Source: an uncultured Alphaproteobacteria bacterium (lineage in GTDB: Bacteria; Pseudomonadota; Alphaproteobacteria; Rhizobiales; Xanthobacteraceae). Taken from it: a stretch of 64,000 bases of DNA. The stretch is from the NCBI GenBank assembly GCA_963743405.1, contig CAVUPX010000013.1, positions 287,472-351,471 on the forward strand, in the 5' to 3' direction. A program made the translations under genes and the position numbers. The notes under the pieces are model-generated. The model saw only the letters and a program-made list of their open reading frames with translations, was not told where the DNA came from and made no database searches. Shown here one piece after another: positions 9,681 through 19,523 of the stretch; positions within the stretch are counted from its first letter, which is position 1, and each line of letters opens with the position of its first letter.

Positions 9681-10208
9681 CTACCAAATCCACTTCACCG
9701 CTTTCGATATGGCGTCGCCAATCGTCAGCAGCACTGCCGCCCATACGAAAGCAGAGCTGAAATTGGCGATCTGAAAACGCCAGAACGGCATCTCGAAAAT
9801 GCCTGCGATGAGCGGGACGGACGCACGTAACGGCCCGAAGAAGCGACCAATGAAAATGCCGGGAATCCCCCACTTCCTCATGAAGATTTCGCCGCGCGGA
9901 ATGAGATCGGGATGGCGCGACAATGGCCACACCTTCGCGACGGTGTATTCAAGCTTGAGCCCGATCCAATAGGATATCCAGTCGCCAAAAGCGGCGCCGA
10001 GCGAGCCTGCGATCCAGACGGGCCAGAAGTTAATACCGCTCGGGCCGATCAAGGCGCCAATCGCCACCAGCGCACCCCACGCCGGAATCAACAGTGAGAT
10101 GAAAGCAAGCGATTCACCAAAGGCGAGCGCAAAAACGACAGGCGCCGCCCAACCCTCATTGGTGCGGACAAAATCGACTGTCTGTTGGACGATTGTTTGA
10201 ATTTCCAT
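9681..10208 (-). CDS. DedA-family inner membrane protein
   Basis: 175 aa, multi-pass. FGESLAFISLLIPAWGALVAIGAL and GRFFGPLRA are DedA/SNARE-associated signatures. Confidence 0.8.
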   Translation of the reverse strand: MEIQTIVQQTVDFVRTNEGWAAPVVFALAFGESLAFISLLIPAWGALVAIGALIGPSGINFWPVWIAGSLGAAFGDWISYWIGLKLEYTVAKVWPLSRHPDLIPRGEIFMRKWGIPGIFIGRFFGPLRASVPLIAGIFEMPFWRFQIANFSSAFVWAAVLLTIGDAISKAVKWIW

Positions 10209-10266
10209 CGGGTTGGGCCGGGCAATTCGTTGTGTCTAGCCCGGGAGCGCCCGCCACGCCAGTAGA

Positions 10267-11400
10267 CTAGGCTGGCAACTCAGGCTCGTCCTCTGGAAAG
10301 AGGTGGCCAACCACGACCAGTGCCATAATCAACAGCGGTACCGCGAGGAATGCACCAACGGGACCCCACAACCAAGTCCAAAACACCAGCGAGAGAAACA
10401 CCGTGAGCGGATTGAGCGTAAGTCTGCGCCCCATGACGCCAGGTGTAATAAAATGCCCTTCGAGTGTCGCAAACACCAGAAACAGCAATGGTGCCACCAA
10501 TGCTTGCGTGACTGTGGGAAACGTGACCAGTCCGACCATGAACATAGCGATTTCCATGATCAGTGCCCCGATGTAGGGAATGAAGTTGAGAATAAATCCG
10601 AGCACCGCCCATGCGGCCGGATCCGGTAGGCCGGCCACCCAGGCGGCTATCCCACCACAAACTCCAACACCGATGTTGATGAGCGCGACGATACTCAGAT
10701 AGCCCGTCAAATTGTGTTCTATGTCGTTCATGATCTTGAGCATGCGCAGCCGCGCGTCGCGTTCATCGAAAAACGCCACCAGGACGCGACGCAAACGCGC
10801 GCGGCCGAGCAGCATGAAGAACAGCGTGCCAAAGAAAATGAGCGTCTGGCCGATGGCTGGCGTTACGATCGAGACGGCTGGTTGCACGAACGTCATGATG
10901 TCAACGCCGAGCCCGCCTTTACTATCGGAAGGAAGCAGCTTGTCGCGTAATTCCTGCAATGCCGCCAATGGCTGATCGAGAACGTGCAATTTTTCCTGGA
11001 TGTTGCGGCCGATGTCTGGCGCCTTGCCGATCCAATTCACCGCGGGCGCCGACAGCAGCGCAATAGCGCCGTAGCAGACGCCGATCACAAGCATCCACAG
11101 TACAATTGCCGATACGAGCGAAGGCACGCGATAGCGTTCAGCCCGTGCGGACAGCGGCCCCAGCATCATCGTCACCACGAATGCGGACGCGATCGGCAAC
11201 AGGACCGACCGTGCAAGGCTCAACGCAATGATAAAAAGAATCACAAACATGCCAATGGTCGCGGATTGCGCGGCGGTGCGCCAAAGGCTCGCAACTTCGG
11301 TTACCGGCTTAGGATCGCTGACCGTCAGCGCAAAGCGTGCCGCCCGCGCCCTATCCATTTCGACGCGCCGCTGACCGGCCTTGGTGCTCGCTAGTTCCAT
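10267..11400 (-). CDS. AI-2E family transporter (PerM/UPF0118)
   Basis: ORF 10267..11481 (TTG start). The first ATG at 11400 gives about 378 aa. It has multiple TM segments and the conserved C-terminal LNPLTVFLSLVFWTWLWGPVGAFLAVPL. Confidence 0.8.
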   Translation of the reverse strand: MELASTKAGQRRVEMDRARAARFALTVSDPKPVTEVASLWRTAAQSATIGMFVILFIIALSLARSVLLPIASAFVVTMMLGPLSARAERYRVPSLVSAIVLWMLVIGVCYGAIALLSAPAVNWIGKAPDIGRNIQEKLHVLDQPLAALQELRDKLLPSDSKGGLGVDIMTFVQPAVSIVTPAIGQTLIFFGTLFFMLLGRARLRRVLVAFFDERDARLRMLKIMNDIEHNLTGYLSIVALINIGVGVCGGIAAWVAGLPDPAAWAVLGFILNFIPYIGALIMEIAMFMVGLVTFPTVTQALVAPLLFLVFATLEGHFITPGVMGRRLTLNPLTVFLSLVFWTWLWGPVGAFLAVPLLIMALVVVGHLFPEDEPELPA

Positions 11401-11597
11401 GGCCTTGATAACGGGCGACACCCCGTTTAGTTGCTGCCTATTCCGTCCACAGGGCGTTATGTGCGTCTGGAAACGGGCCAAACCCGTCTTTAAACCTTCT
11501 CTTAAGCGGTGCGGCGCAGGTTGAATCGATCAGTTCAGCGTCAGCCGTGGCATAGTGGCTGGCAAGCGAATCGCCGCGACCCTATCTGAAGGCTTCA

Positions 11598-13697
11598 ATG
11601 GCCAAGACAGCGACCAAGAAAAAACCAGCAAAACAGCCTGACTTGTTCGACGTGGCTCGTTCCGCGAAATCGGCGGCACGCAAGGCGCCCAAGACGTCCG
11701 CGCGCCCCAAGAGTAACGCACGCACAAAGCCTGCCGCACGCGGATCGAGCGCGGAGTCCGGCTATACCGCCAAACACATCGAGGTGCTCGAAGGGCTCGA
11801 GCCGGTCCGCCGCCGACCTGGCATGTACATCGGTGGCACTGACGAAAAGGCCCTGCATCATTTATTTGCGGAAGTCATCGACAACGCCATGGATGAGGCC
11901 TTGGCTGGCCACGCCGACTGGATCGAAGTCGAGATGGAAGCGAACGGCTTCATCAGCGTAACTGATAACGGCCGCGGTATTCCGGTTGATCCCCATCCGA
12001 AATTCAAGAGCAAATCCGCGCTTGAAGTCATTATGTGCACGCTCCACGCCGGCGGAAAATTCGACTCGAAGGTCTACGAGACATCGGGTGGTCTGCACGG
12101 GGTAGGCGTCTCGGTCGCCAACGCGCTATCCGAGCGCATGGAGGTCGAAGTCGCGCGTGAGCAGCAGCTCTATCGGATGGCGTTCGAACGCGGCAAGCCG
12201 AAAGGAAAGCTGGTAAAGGCTGGCCGCGCACCCAATCGACGCGGCACGCGTGTGCGCTTCAGGCCCGACCCGGAGATTTTCGGACCCAAGACCGCATTCA
12301 AGCCTGAGCGCATTTTCAAGATGACGCGCTCGAAGGCCTACCTGTTCGGCGGCGTCGAGATTCGCTGGCATTGCGACAAGGCGCTGCTGAAGGGAGTTGA
12401 GGATGTTCCTGAAAAGGCCACGTTCCATTTCGCGGAAGGCCTGAAGGACTATCTCGCTTCCAATTTGACCGGCGCGACGCTGGTACATCCGGACATCTTC
12501 ACCGGCTCAACCGGCAAAACTGGCCGTCACGGTGCGGTGGAGTGGGCAGTGGCGTGGACTGCCGACACCGATGGTTTCCTCAATTCCTATTGCAACACAA
12601 TTCCCACTCCAGATGGTGGAACGCATGAATCGGGGTTGCGTTCGGCACTATTGCGCGGCTTGAAGGATCACGCCGCGCGGGTCGGTCAGGAAAAGCGCGC
12701 AACGCCCGTTACCAGCGATGATGTCATGACCGGCGCCGGCTGCATGCTGTCTGTATTTGTCCGCGAACCTGAATTCCAAGGCCAGACCAAAGACCGTCTC
12801 GCGACCGCTGAAGCGCAACGTATCGTCGAACAAGCTATCAAGGATCCCTTCGACCACTGGCTTGCCGGCAATCCGATGCAGGCCAATAAGCTGCTCGATT
12901 TTGTTATCGATCGTGCGGAAGAGCGCCTCCGCCGCCGGCAGGAAAAGGACATTGCGCGCAAGAGCGCCGTGCGCAAACTGCGTCTCCCGGGCAAGCTCGC
13001 CGATTGCACATCATCAGCATCGGAAGGCTCAGAGATTTTTATCGTCGAAGGTGATAGTGCGGGCGGCTCTGCAAAGCAGGCGCGCGACCGTCGAACTCAA
13101 GCCGTGCTGCCGCTGCGCGGCAAGATTTTGAACGTCGCTTCTGCCGGTAAAGACAAGCTGGCGCAGAACGCTCAACTTGCCGATCTGATTCAGGCGTTAG
13201 GCTGCGGCACGAGCACGCACTACCACGAGAAAGATCTGCGTTACGAGAAGGTCATCATCATGACCGACGCCGACGTAGACGGCGCGCATATCGCTTCTCT
13301 GCTCATCACCTTTTTTTACCGGCAGATGCCGAAGATGATTGAGGGCGGCAGGCTCTACCTTGCGGTCCCCCCGCTCTTTCGGCTTTCTCACGGCGGCAAG
13401 ATCGTTTATGCGCGCGATGACAAGCACAAGGAAGTGCTGCTCAAGAAGGAATTTCATGCCAACGCCAAGGTGGAAGTTTCCCGGTTCAAGGGCTTGGGTG
13501 AAATGATGGCGACACAGCTGAAAGAAACCACCATGGATCCAAGCAAGCGCACCCTGCTCCGTGTTGTCCTGGCAGAAAAAGAGATGAAGTCGACCGCACG
13601 CAGCGTGGAGCGTCTGATGGGAACCAAGGCCGAGGCGCGTTTCGAGTTCATCCAGGAAAAGGCAGAGTTTGCTAGTGCGGACTTGCTCGACGTCTGA
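11598..13697 (+). CDS. parE: DNA topoisomerase IV subunit B with a basic N-terminal extension
   Basis: 699 aa. GHKL ATPase (EVIDNAMDEA, GLHGVG) and Toprim (EGDSAGGS, PLRGKILNV, IMTDADVDGAHI) motifs are present. There is no GyrB-specific insertion and the neighbourhood is ParE-like. The first ~55 aa are K/A/P/R-rich. Confidence 0.9.
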   Translation: MAKTATKKKPAKQPDLFDVARSAKSAARKAPKTSARPKSNARTKPAARGSSAESGYTAKHIEVLEGLEPVRRRPGMYIGGTDEKALHHLFAEVIDNAMDEALAGHADWIEVEMEANGFISVTDNGRGIPVDPHPKFKSKSALEVIMCTLHAGGKFDSKVYETSGGLHGVGVSVANALSERMEVEVAREQQLYRMAFERGKPKGKLVKAGRAPNRRGTRVRFRPDPEIFGPKTAFKPERIFKMTRSKAYLFGGVEIRWHCDKALLKGVEDVPEKATFHFAEGLKDYLASNLTGATLVHPDIFTGSTGKTGRHGAVEWAVAWTADTDGFLNSYCNTIPTPDGGTHESGLRSALLRGLKDHAARVGQEKRATPVTSDDVMTGAGCMLSVFVREPEFQGQTKDRLATAEAQRIVEQAIKDPFDHWLAGNPMQANKLLDFVIDRAEERLRRRQEKDIARKSAVRKLRLPGKLADCTSSASEGSEIFIVEGDSAGGSAKQARDRRTQAVLPLRGKILNVASAGKDKLAQNAQLADLIQALGCGTSTHYHEKDLRYEKVIIMTDADVDGAHIASLLITFFYRQMPKMIEGGRLYLAVPPLFRLSHGGKIVYARDDKHKEVLLKKEFHANAKVEVSRFKGLGEMMATQLKETTMDPSKRTLLRVVLAEKEMKSTARSVERLMGTKAEARFEFIQEKAEFASADLLDV

Positions 13698-13714
13698 TTT
13701 CGGGAAGTAGAAAA

Positions 13715-13746
13715 GCCCGCCGCTGGCCGGCGAGGCATTTGTTTGC
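13715..13746. terminator. GC-rich hairpin terminator between convergent parE and the hypothetical gene
   Basis: AAAA-GCCCGCCG (13715-13722), loop CTGGC, CGGCGAGGC (13728-13736, one bulged A), followed by ATTTGTTTG. Confidence 0.45.
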
Positions 13747-13793
13747 ACTCGGCCGTCGAGTAGCATGAAAAGCGCAGGAAAAGCCGCAGCGTA

Positions 13794-14264
13794 TCAATGG
13801 CTCACGCCACTCTCTTCACACTTCCGAAGCAGGGGCATTTTGCTGCCGCGCGCAAGTGCAATGCCATCCTTGACGCGCACTGCACCACCGTCGGTCTGAT
13901 TGAAGATTGTGCGCCGCGTATTGTCGCGCACTGCGAAAACAAGTTTTTGCCGTTCTTCGACTTCGGTGCCCGGTTGGAAAATCACATCGACTGACAGATT
14001 GTTAGCGGAAATCTTTTCAGCCGACAGTATACTGTAGCGATTGACCGCAAAATCAGGGCCGAGGTTATGATCTTCCAGCACCAGACCCGCACTCGGCGTG
14101 ATGATGCTGACGCGAGGATTAGTGGGTGTTGCCGGTTGACTGCAATCAGCAGCCCAGGTTCCGAATAAGCCAAATTGCTGGAACAATTCATCGACCGAAG
14201 CGCCACTTGCGCCGCCGGGCACGGCGAAAGACGCCACCAGCACAAAGACCGCCATTAAGCGCAT
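13794..14264 (-). CDS. hypothetical secreted protein
   Basis: ORF 13794..14285 (TTG). The ATG at 14264 has GGAG 9 nt upstream. Signal peptide MRLMAVFVLVASFAVPGGASGA. No family recognised. Confidence 0.55.
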   Translation of the reverse strand: MRLMAVFVLVASFAVPGGASGASVDELFQQFGLFGTWAADCSQPATPTNPRVSIITPSAGLVLEDHNLGPDFAVNRYSILSAEKISANNLSVDVIFQPGTEVEERQKLVFAVRDNTRRTIFNQTDGGAVRVKDGIALARGSKMPLLRKCEESGVSH

Positions 14265-14369
14265 TAAACGCCGCTCCCACTTCAACCAACAATAGCAGCG
14301 GTTTGCGCGACGGCAATTGATTTACACCGAAGCGTAGGACTCGAGCAGCGGATGGTAAAATGGCGCTCA

Positions 14370-15344
14370 CTACTTGAACGTCAAATTGGCGGCCTTCACG
14401 ACTTCTGCAAAACTGGTGATATCGGCATCGATGCGCTTTCTAAACGCCTCGCCGGTCGGCCCGCCCGGTTTCACGGCCATCCTCGAGAGTCCTTCCCGCA
14501 CGACCGGGTCGGCGATTGCCTTGCCAAGTTCCGCGGTGAGCTTATCGACGATCGGCGCCGGCGTGCCCGCCGGCACAAAAAACCCACTCCATAAATGGGT
14601 GTCGACTTCGGGAAATCCGGCTTCGGCCATGCTGGGGACATCAGGTAATTCGGGCGAACGTTCGGACCCTGTCACCGCCAGCGCGCGGATCTTACCACCT
14701 TTGACGAGCGGAATGACTGGCGGCCCGTCGGAGATCGTGAAGAGGCATTGCCCAGCCATGACGCTCAGACTGGATTCGTTGCTGCTTTTGTAAGGGATCG
14801 CGACCCCAGGCATCCCGGTCTTCAACTTCAACAGCTCGCTCGCAATTGTAAATGCGGGTGACGATGTGCCGTAATTTGACTTATCGGGATTTGCTTTCGC
14901 CCAAGCGATAAGTTCCTTGACGGTCTTGGCCGGATGGTCTTCTGGAACGACCATTACCAGAGGAAACGACGCAATCATGTTGAGTGGGATGAAACTCTTG
15001 CTCGCGTGATAGCTCAGATCCGGAAAGATCGCAGTAGCGATCGACATCTGGCCGGTAGCGCCGACCAACACCGTGTAACCATCGGCCGGTTGCCGCGCAA
15101 CGAATTCGGCAGCGATGCGTCCACCAGCGCCAACGCGATTGTCGATCACCGAGGTCGCGCCGGTATTTTCCTGGAATTTCTGAACCACCAGACGGGCGAA
15201 CAAATCGTTTCCACCGCCGGCGGCAAAACCGACGACGAAATGGATTGGGCGATTCGGATAGTCCGCTTGCGCATGCGCGCTTCCACCAAACGCCACAAGC
15301 GCCATCAAGACCGCACAAATTATGCCGCTACATGTCTTCGTCAT
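14370..15344 (-). CDS. Bug/TctC-family tripartite tricarboxylate transporter substrate-binding protein
   Basis: 324 aa with a signal peptide. YPNRPIHFVVGFAAGGGNDLFARL is the Bug-family N-terminal signature. RBS GGGGGA. Confidence 0.85.
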   Translation of the reverse strand: MTKTCSGIICAVLMALVAFGGSAHAQADYPNRPIHFVVGFAAGGGNDLFARLVVQKFQENTGATSVIDNRVGAGGRIAAEFVARQPADGYTVLVGATGQMSIATAIFPDLSYHASKSFIPLNMIASFPLVMVVPEDHPAKTVKELIAWAKANPDKSNYGTSSPAFTIASELLKLKTGMPGVAIPYKSSNESSLSVMAGQCLFTISDGPPVIPLVKGGKIRALAVTGSERSPELPDVPSMAEAGFPEVDTHLWSGFFVPAGTPAPIVDKLTAELGKAIADPVVREGLSRMAVKPGGPTGEAFRKRIDADITSFAEVVKAANLTFK

Positions 15345-15475
15345 TCATTCCCCCGTTTGCGCACCGTCCCTACCCGGCCACGCTTGGTAAAAGCGTACAC
15401 TGTGTACTGCCATTGGAAAACGCCTTTGTCATGGTGTGCTATTGTTTTGTCGTCATCGGCCCAGCGAACTTGGAC

Positions 15476-16831
15476 ATGAGCGCAAAACGCGCAATTCCCC
15501 GGCGAAACCGAAGCGGGAGCGCCGAATTTTTTGGCCACCCACGGGGCCTCGCCTACCTATTTGCGACCGAAATGTGGGAGCGGTTCTCCTACTACGGGAT
15601 GCGAGCACTGCTCGTCCTCTACATGCTCAAGCATTTACTCGCGCCACAGCAGGCCAACGGCGTCATCGGCCTCGCATCGTTCAAAAGCGCACTCGAGTAC
15701 GTATTCGGACCCCTGGCGCCGCAACCGCTCGCATCGCAGATCTACGGCTTCTATACAGGGCTAGTTTATTTAACCCCGGTCTTGGGCGGATTGCTCGCCG
15801 ATCGCGTGCTCGGCCAACGCCGCACGGTCATCGCGGGTGCTGCATTAATGGCCGTCGGCCACTTCATGATGGCCTTCGAACAGCTCTTTTTGTTTGCGCT
15901 TGGAATTCTTATTCTCGGAAATGGAGCCTTCAAGCCAAACATCTCAACGCAAGTCGGCGCGCTCTATGCACCGAGTGACCGCCGCCGTGATCGCGCCTTC
16001 TCAATCTTTTATGTGGGCATCAATCTCGGCGCATTCCTCGCCCCGCTCATTTGCGGAACGCTGGGCGAAGAACTCGGTTGGCACTATGGATTTACAGCCG
16101 CTGGGGTTGGCATGACGCTTGCCCTCATTATTTATCTCGCTGCGACCCCCCATTTGCCGAAAGACGCCTTCGAAAAGCGGACGTCGCCACGCACGCTCGA
16201 TCGCGCTGAATGGAAATCAATCGCCGCACTGTTGCTGCTGTTTGCACCCGTCAGTCTCTTTTGGGCGACTTACGAGCAGCAAGGCAACACGATCACGCTT
16301 TGGGCGGATCAATTTACGGATCGTCGTTTCTTAGGGGGTGAAATTCCCGTTACCTGGTTTCAGGCATTCAATCCATTTATGATTTTCGCATTTACGCCAT
16401 TTATCGTCGCGCTGTGGCGCTCGCAAGGACGACGAGAACCTTCAACGACGATGAAGCTTGCAATTGGCTGCCTCTTCAACGGGTTTGCCTATCTCATTAT
16501 GGTCGCCGCCGCATGGAGCGCCGGCGGGGACAAGGCAAGTTGGTTGTGGCTGTTCGCGTTTTTCGTCGTGATCACAATCGGCGAACTTTATCTTTCGCCG
16601 ACCAGCTTGTCGTTAGTAACGAAAATTGCGCCAGCTCCACTACTATCGATGATGATGGGTATGTGGCTTGCCACAAGTTTTGTAGGGAACTTTCTCGCCG
16701 GCTACTTGGGCACCTTTTGGTCAAGCATGAGCCAGATCGAATTCTTCCTGATGCTTGCGCTTATTTCGGGTGTAGCGAGCGCTTCTATTGCACTGCTGAG
16801 TATTCCCTTGCGGTCCGTCCTACGCCACTAA
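15476..16831 (+). CDS. POT/PTR2-family di-/tripeptide:proton symporter
   Basis: ORF 15245..16831. The ATG at 15476 gives MSAKR...GHPRGLAYLFATEMWERFSYYGMRALLVLY (PTR2 signature). About 12 TM segments. Confidence 0.85.
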   Translation: MSAKRAIPRRNRSGSAEFFGHPRGLAYLFATEMWERFSYYGMRALLVLYMLKHLLAPQQANGVIGLASFKSALEYVFGPLAPQPLASQIYGFYTGLVYLTPVLGGLLADRVLGQRRTVIAGAALMAVGHFMMAFEQLFLFALGILILGNGAFKPNISTQVGALYAPSDRRRDRAFSIFYVGINLGAFLAPLICGTLGEELGWHYGFTAAGVGMTLALIIYLAATPHLPKDAFEKRTSPRTLDRAEWKSIAALLLLFAPVSLFWATYEQQGNTITLWADQFTDRRFLGGEIPVTWFQAFNPFMIFAFTPFIVALWRSQGRREPSTTMKLAIGCLFNGFAYLIMVAAAWSAGGDKASWLWLFAFFVVITIGELYLSPTSLSLVTKIAPAPLLSMMMGMWLATSFVGNFLAGYLGTFWSSMSQIEFFLMLALISGVASASIALLSIPLRSVLRH

Positions 16832-17994
16832 TCCAGCGGCAACCCGACATATTGCTCGGCAAGCGATGTAGCTGCGGCTTTCGAACTTGTGAGATAATCC
16901 AGGTCAGATAGCTGCCGGCGTCGATCGAAGGCCAATTCATGCGGAAATCGATGCATGATTTGTGTCATCCACCAGGAGAAGCGCTGCGCATACCAAACGC
17001 GCCGCAGGCAAGCCGCCGAATAATTCTCCAGCCGATCGCTCACATTTTCCTTGTAAAAAGAATCCAACGCGCGCGAAAGCACCACCACATCGGCAAAAGC
17101 GAGATTCATGCCTTTCGCACCGGTCGGCGGTACGATATGCGCGCTGTCGCCGGCAAGAAATAGCCGCCCATAATGCATCGGCTCCACGACAAAACTGCGC
17201 ATTGGCGTGACGCTCTTTTGCAGTACCTTGCCTTCTTCGAGCTTGCGCGCGCCCCCAAGCCGCTTGTGCAACTCATCCCAGATGCGACGGTCGGGCCAGC
17301 TTTCGATATCCTCCTCGTGCTCGCATTGGAGATAGAGCCGGGCGAGGGTTGGCGAGCGCATCGTGTACAAAGCAAAGCCGCGATCGGTGTATGAATACAC
17401 AAGCTCATGGTCCGGCGGTGGACTCTCTGACAGGATGCCAAGCCAGCCGAACGGATAGTCCCGCTCGAATACGCTGAGGACGCCGTCGGGAATGCTTGGT
17501 CGACAAATTCCATGAAAACCGTCGCAACCGGCGATGAAGTCGCATTCGATCTGCTGTGCGCGGCCTTCATGCGTAAAACGAACTTTCGGCTGTTTGCTGG
17601 TCAAATCGTGAATGCCGACTTCGCCAACTTCGAACAATAGCGGCCCTCCGTCCGCAAGGCGGCGCTCCACCAAATCTTTCACCACCTCCTGCTGTCCATA
17701 GATGGTGACGCGTTTATTCACCAGCGCCTTGAAATCGATGCGATGCAAATCGCCATTGATGCCAATATTGATGCCCCAATGTGGCATGCCATCGTGTTGC
17801 AGTCGCGCGCCGACGCCAACTTCGATCAGCAGATCGGCGGCCCAATGCTCGATCAGCCCGGCGCGGATACGATTTTCAATGTAGTTGCGACTACGGTTTT
17901 CAATGATGATTGATTCAATGCCCTGCAGGTGCAGTAACCTCGCCAACATAAGACCAGCGGGTCCCGCTCCGATAATTCCGACCTGCGTTCGCAT
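16828..17994 (-). CDS. pobA: 4-hydroxybenzoate 3-monooxygenase
   Basis: 388 aa with GIIGAGPAGLMLARLL (FAD) and full-length PobA-like sequence (RIRAGLIEHW, LAGDSAHIVPPTGAKG). Its stop overlaps the convergent POT gene stop (CTAA). Confidence 0.9.
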   Translation of the reverse strand: MRTQVGIIGAGPAGLMLARLLHLQGIESIIIENRSRNYIENRIRAGLIEHWAADLLIEVGVGARLQHDGMPHWGINIGINGDLHRIDFKALVNKRVTIYGQQEVVKDLVERRLADGGPLLFEVGEVGIHDLTSKQPKVRFTHEGRAQQIECDFIAGCDGFHGICRPSIPDGVLSVFERDYPFGWLGILSESPPPDHELVYSYTDRGFALYTMRSPTLARLYLQCEHEEDIESWPDRRIWDELHKRLGGARKLEEGKVLQKSVTPMRSFVVEPMHYGRLFLAGDSAHIVPPTGAKGMNLAFADVVVLSRALDSFYKENVSDRLENYSAACLRRVWYAQRFSWWMTQIMHRFPHELAFDRRRQLSDLDYLTSSKAAATSLAEQYVGLPLD

Positions 17995-18112
17995 GACCTG
18001 ATTCCCGTCGAATAGAACTGATGTCCCCTATAGGCGCGGACCATCGCGGACGCAAAGGGGCGAAGCCCGGAAAGCGTTGGACAATTATCTCGAGTCCCGT
18101 GTCTCTCGGAGA

Positions 18113-18607
18113 TCAACCTGGCCAGCCGTAACGGGGGACCTTAGTGCGATAGTTTCTGTAGGCGTATCCAAACTTCGCTTCGAGGTACCGTTCTTCGCGC
18201 CGGACCACACCGAAATGCAGAATGATCGCGAATACGACGGTCATCACCAGCATCCAATCGGAAGCGAGCGCGATAGCCAATCCAGACAGAAAAAGGGTCC
18301 CGCCTACATACATTGGGTTACGCACCCGTGCGAAGATTCCACTCGTAACCAACGTAGTCGATGCTTTCCAAGGCTCGACACGAGTGCCCGCTGATTGGAA
18401 GGCGAGGTTAGCGGGAATGACTAGCGCCAGACCCGTGCCGATGAGCGCCGCACCGATCACGACACGGCTGGCCATCGATAAAAGCAGGCTCAGCACATAA
18501 GCCGGCAGCAACCAATCGAGGATAAGGCCGAGAACGATTACGGCCACAGCCAAAAGTGGCGGCGGGGCAAGTACGCCAGCATTGTCGCCGATGTCATTCA
18601 TGTTCAT
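18113..18607 (-). CDS. ICMT/PEMT-like membrane methyltransferase family protein
   Basis: 164 aa with 4-5 TM segments. The C-terminal motif VTSGIFARVRNPMYVGG...EERYLEAKFGYAYRNY is typical of the isoprenylcysteine carboxyl methyltransferase-like family. Confidence 0.75.
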   Translation of the reverse strand: MNMNDIGDNAGVLAPPPLLAVAVIVLGLILDWLLPAYVLSLLLSMASRVVIGAALIGTGLALVIPANLAFQSAGTRVEPWKASTTLVTSGIFARVRNPMYVGGTLFLSGLAIALASDWMLVMTVVFAIILHFGVVRREERYLEAKFGYAYRNYRTKVPRYGWPG

Positions 18608-18638
18608 TCACTCCAACACGCAGGGTCGCCGTGTTCCC

Positions 18639-19340
18639 TTACCCGCTTAGCCATTCCGCCAGCGCCGCATTCACCGCTTCGGGTTTCTCGATGGTCGACA
18701 AATGCCCACAGTCGGGCACTACGACAAGCCGTGCGCCAGAAACTCCAGTGCAAATTTCTTTTGCAAGCTCCGGCGGAGTGAGTTCATCTCCCTCGCCCAC
18801 CACCACGAGTGTCGGGCAGCGAATGCTCGCGAGCAGCGGCCGCGAATCCGGCCGCGATGTGATCGCCTGTTGCTGGCGTACAAAGGCCTCCACGCCCGTA
18901 TCGGCGGCCATCTCCCGCACCACACGTTTAAGCGCCTCGTCATTGTGGCGATTGCGGTGAAGGAAGCGCGGCGTAAGTGTTTCGACCACCTCACCGAGTT
19001 TTCCCGCTCGCGCCAAGCCGATGAATTTTTCGCGCGCAGCCGACTGTTCGGCGGTATCCGGCCTCGCCGAGGTGTCAAGAAATGCAAGTTTGACGACGCG
19101 CTCTGGCGCAAGCCGTAGGATTGCAAAAGCGACATAACCGCCCATCGACAGCCCGGCGAGCGCGAAACGTGGCGGTGCATCTGCAAGAATGCGCGCCGCA
19201 ATCGCAGTCATTTCGTTATCACGTCGGTGATCGGCGACCGTAACCGAGCCAAAAGGCCACAGACCTGCAATTTGAGGAGCAAAAAGCCGCGCGCTGCACA
19301 GCAATCCGGGTATCAATACGAGTGGTAAAGTAGCTGCCAT
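18639..19340 (-). CDS. alpha/beta-fold hydrolase
   Basis: 233 aa with the nucleophile elbow GLSMGG and a C-terminal DCGH motif. It sits 31 nt upstream of the ICMT-like gene on the same strand. Confidence 0.8.
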   Translation of the reverse strand: MAATLPLVLIPGLLCSARLFAPQIAGLWPFGSVTVADHRRDNEMTAIAARILADAPPRFALAGLSMGGYVAFAILRLAPERVVKLAFLDTSARPDTAEQSAAREKFIGLARAGKLGEVVETLTPRFLHRNRHNDEALKRVVREMAADTGVEAFVRQQQAITSRPDSRPLLASIRCPTLVVVGEGDELTPPELAKEICTGVSGARLVVVPDCGHLSTIEKPEAVNAALAEWLSG

Positions 19341-19399
19341 TTTGCACTCCGGAAGGCCAAAAGATTAAGAATTAATATGACTTATAGGCGGCGCTAGCA

Positions 19400-19427
19400 T
19401 TGACTTTAGCCCTTTGCGCCCTATGTT
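19400..19427 (+). promoter_or_regulatory. possible sigma70-type promoter for the DEAD-box helicase gene
   Basis: TTGACT (19400-19405), 16-nt spacer, TATGTT (19422-19427), about 97 nt upstream of the ATG. Pattern match only. Confidence 0.3.
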
Positions 19428-19523
19428 TCCGTTCAACCGATCTGACATGAAGATTCGGCCGTCCCCCGCGCAAAGCAATCGGTTTTTTTAGTCCGGCGCG
19501 GCCTGGGCGGCTTCTGAGGTTAT

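Noticed and set aside
9502-9930. 142-aa minus-strand ORF overlapping dedA
   Set aside because: The N-terminal two-thirds is out of frame within the well-supported DedA gene. The intergenic tail (...ELDEADLTFDQIGHGDHKTLLVGHN) has no usable start codon. At best it is a remnant.
16828-16831. Convergent genes with overlapping stop codons (POT/pobA CTAA here; accC/response regulator CTAG at 60398-60401)
   Set aside because: The overlaps are real, but they are a common consequence of compact genomes. There is no evidence of regulatory significance.
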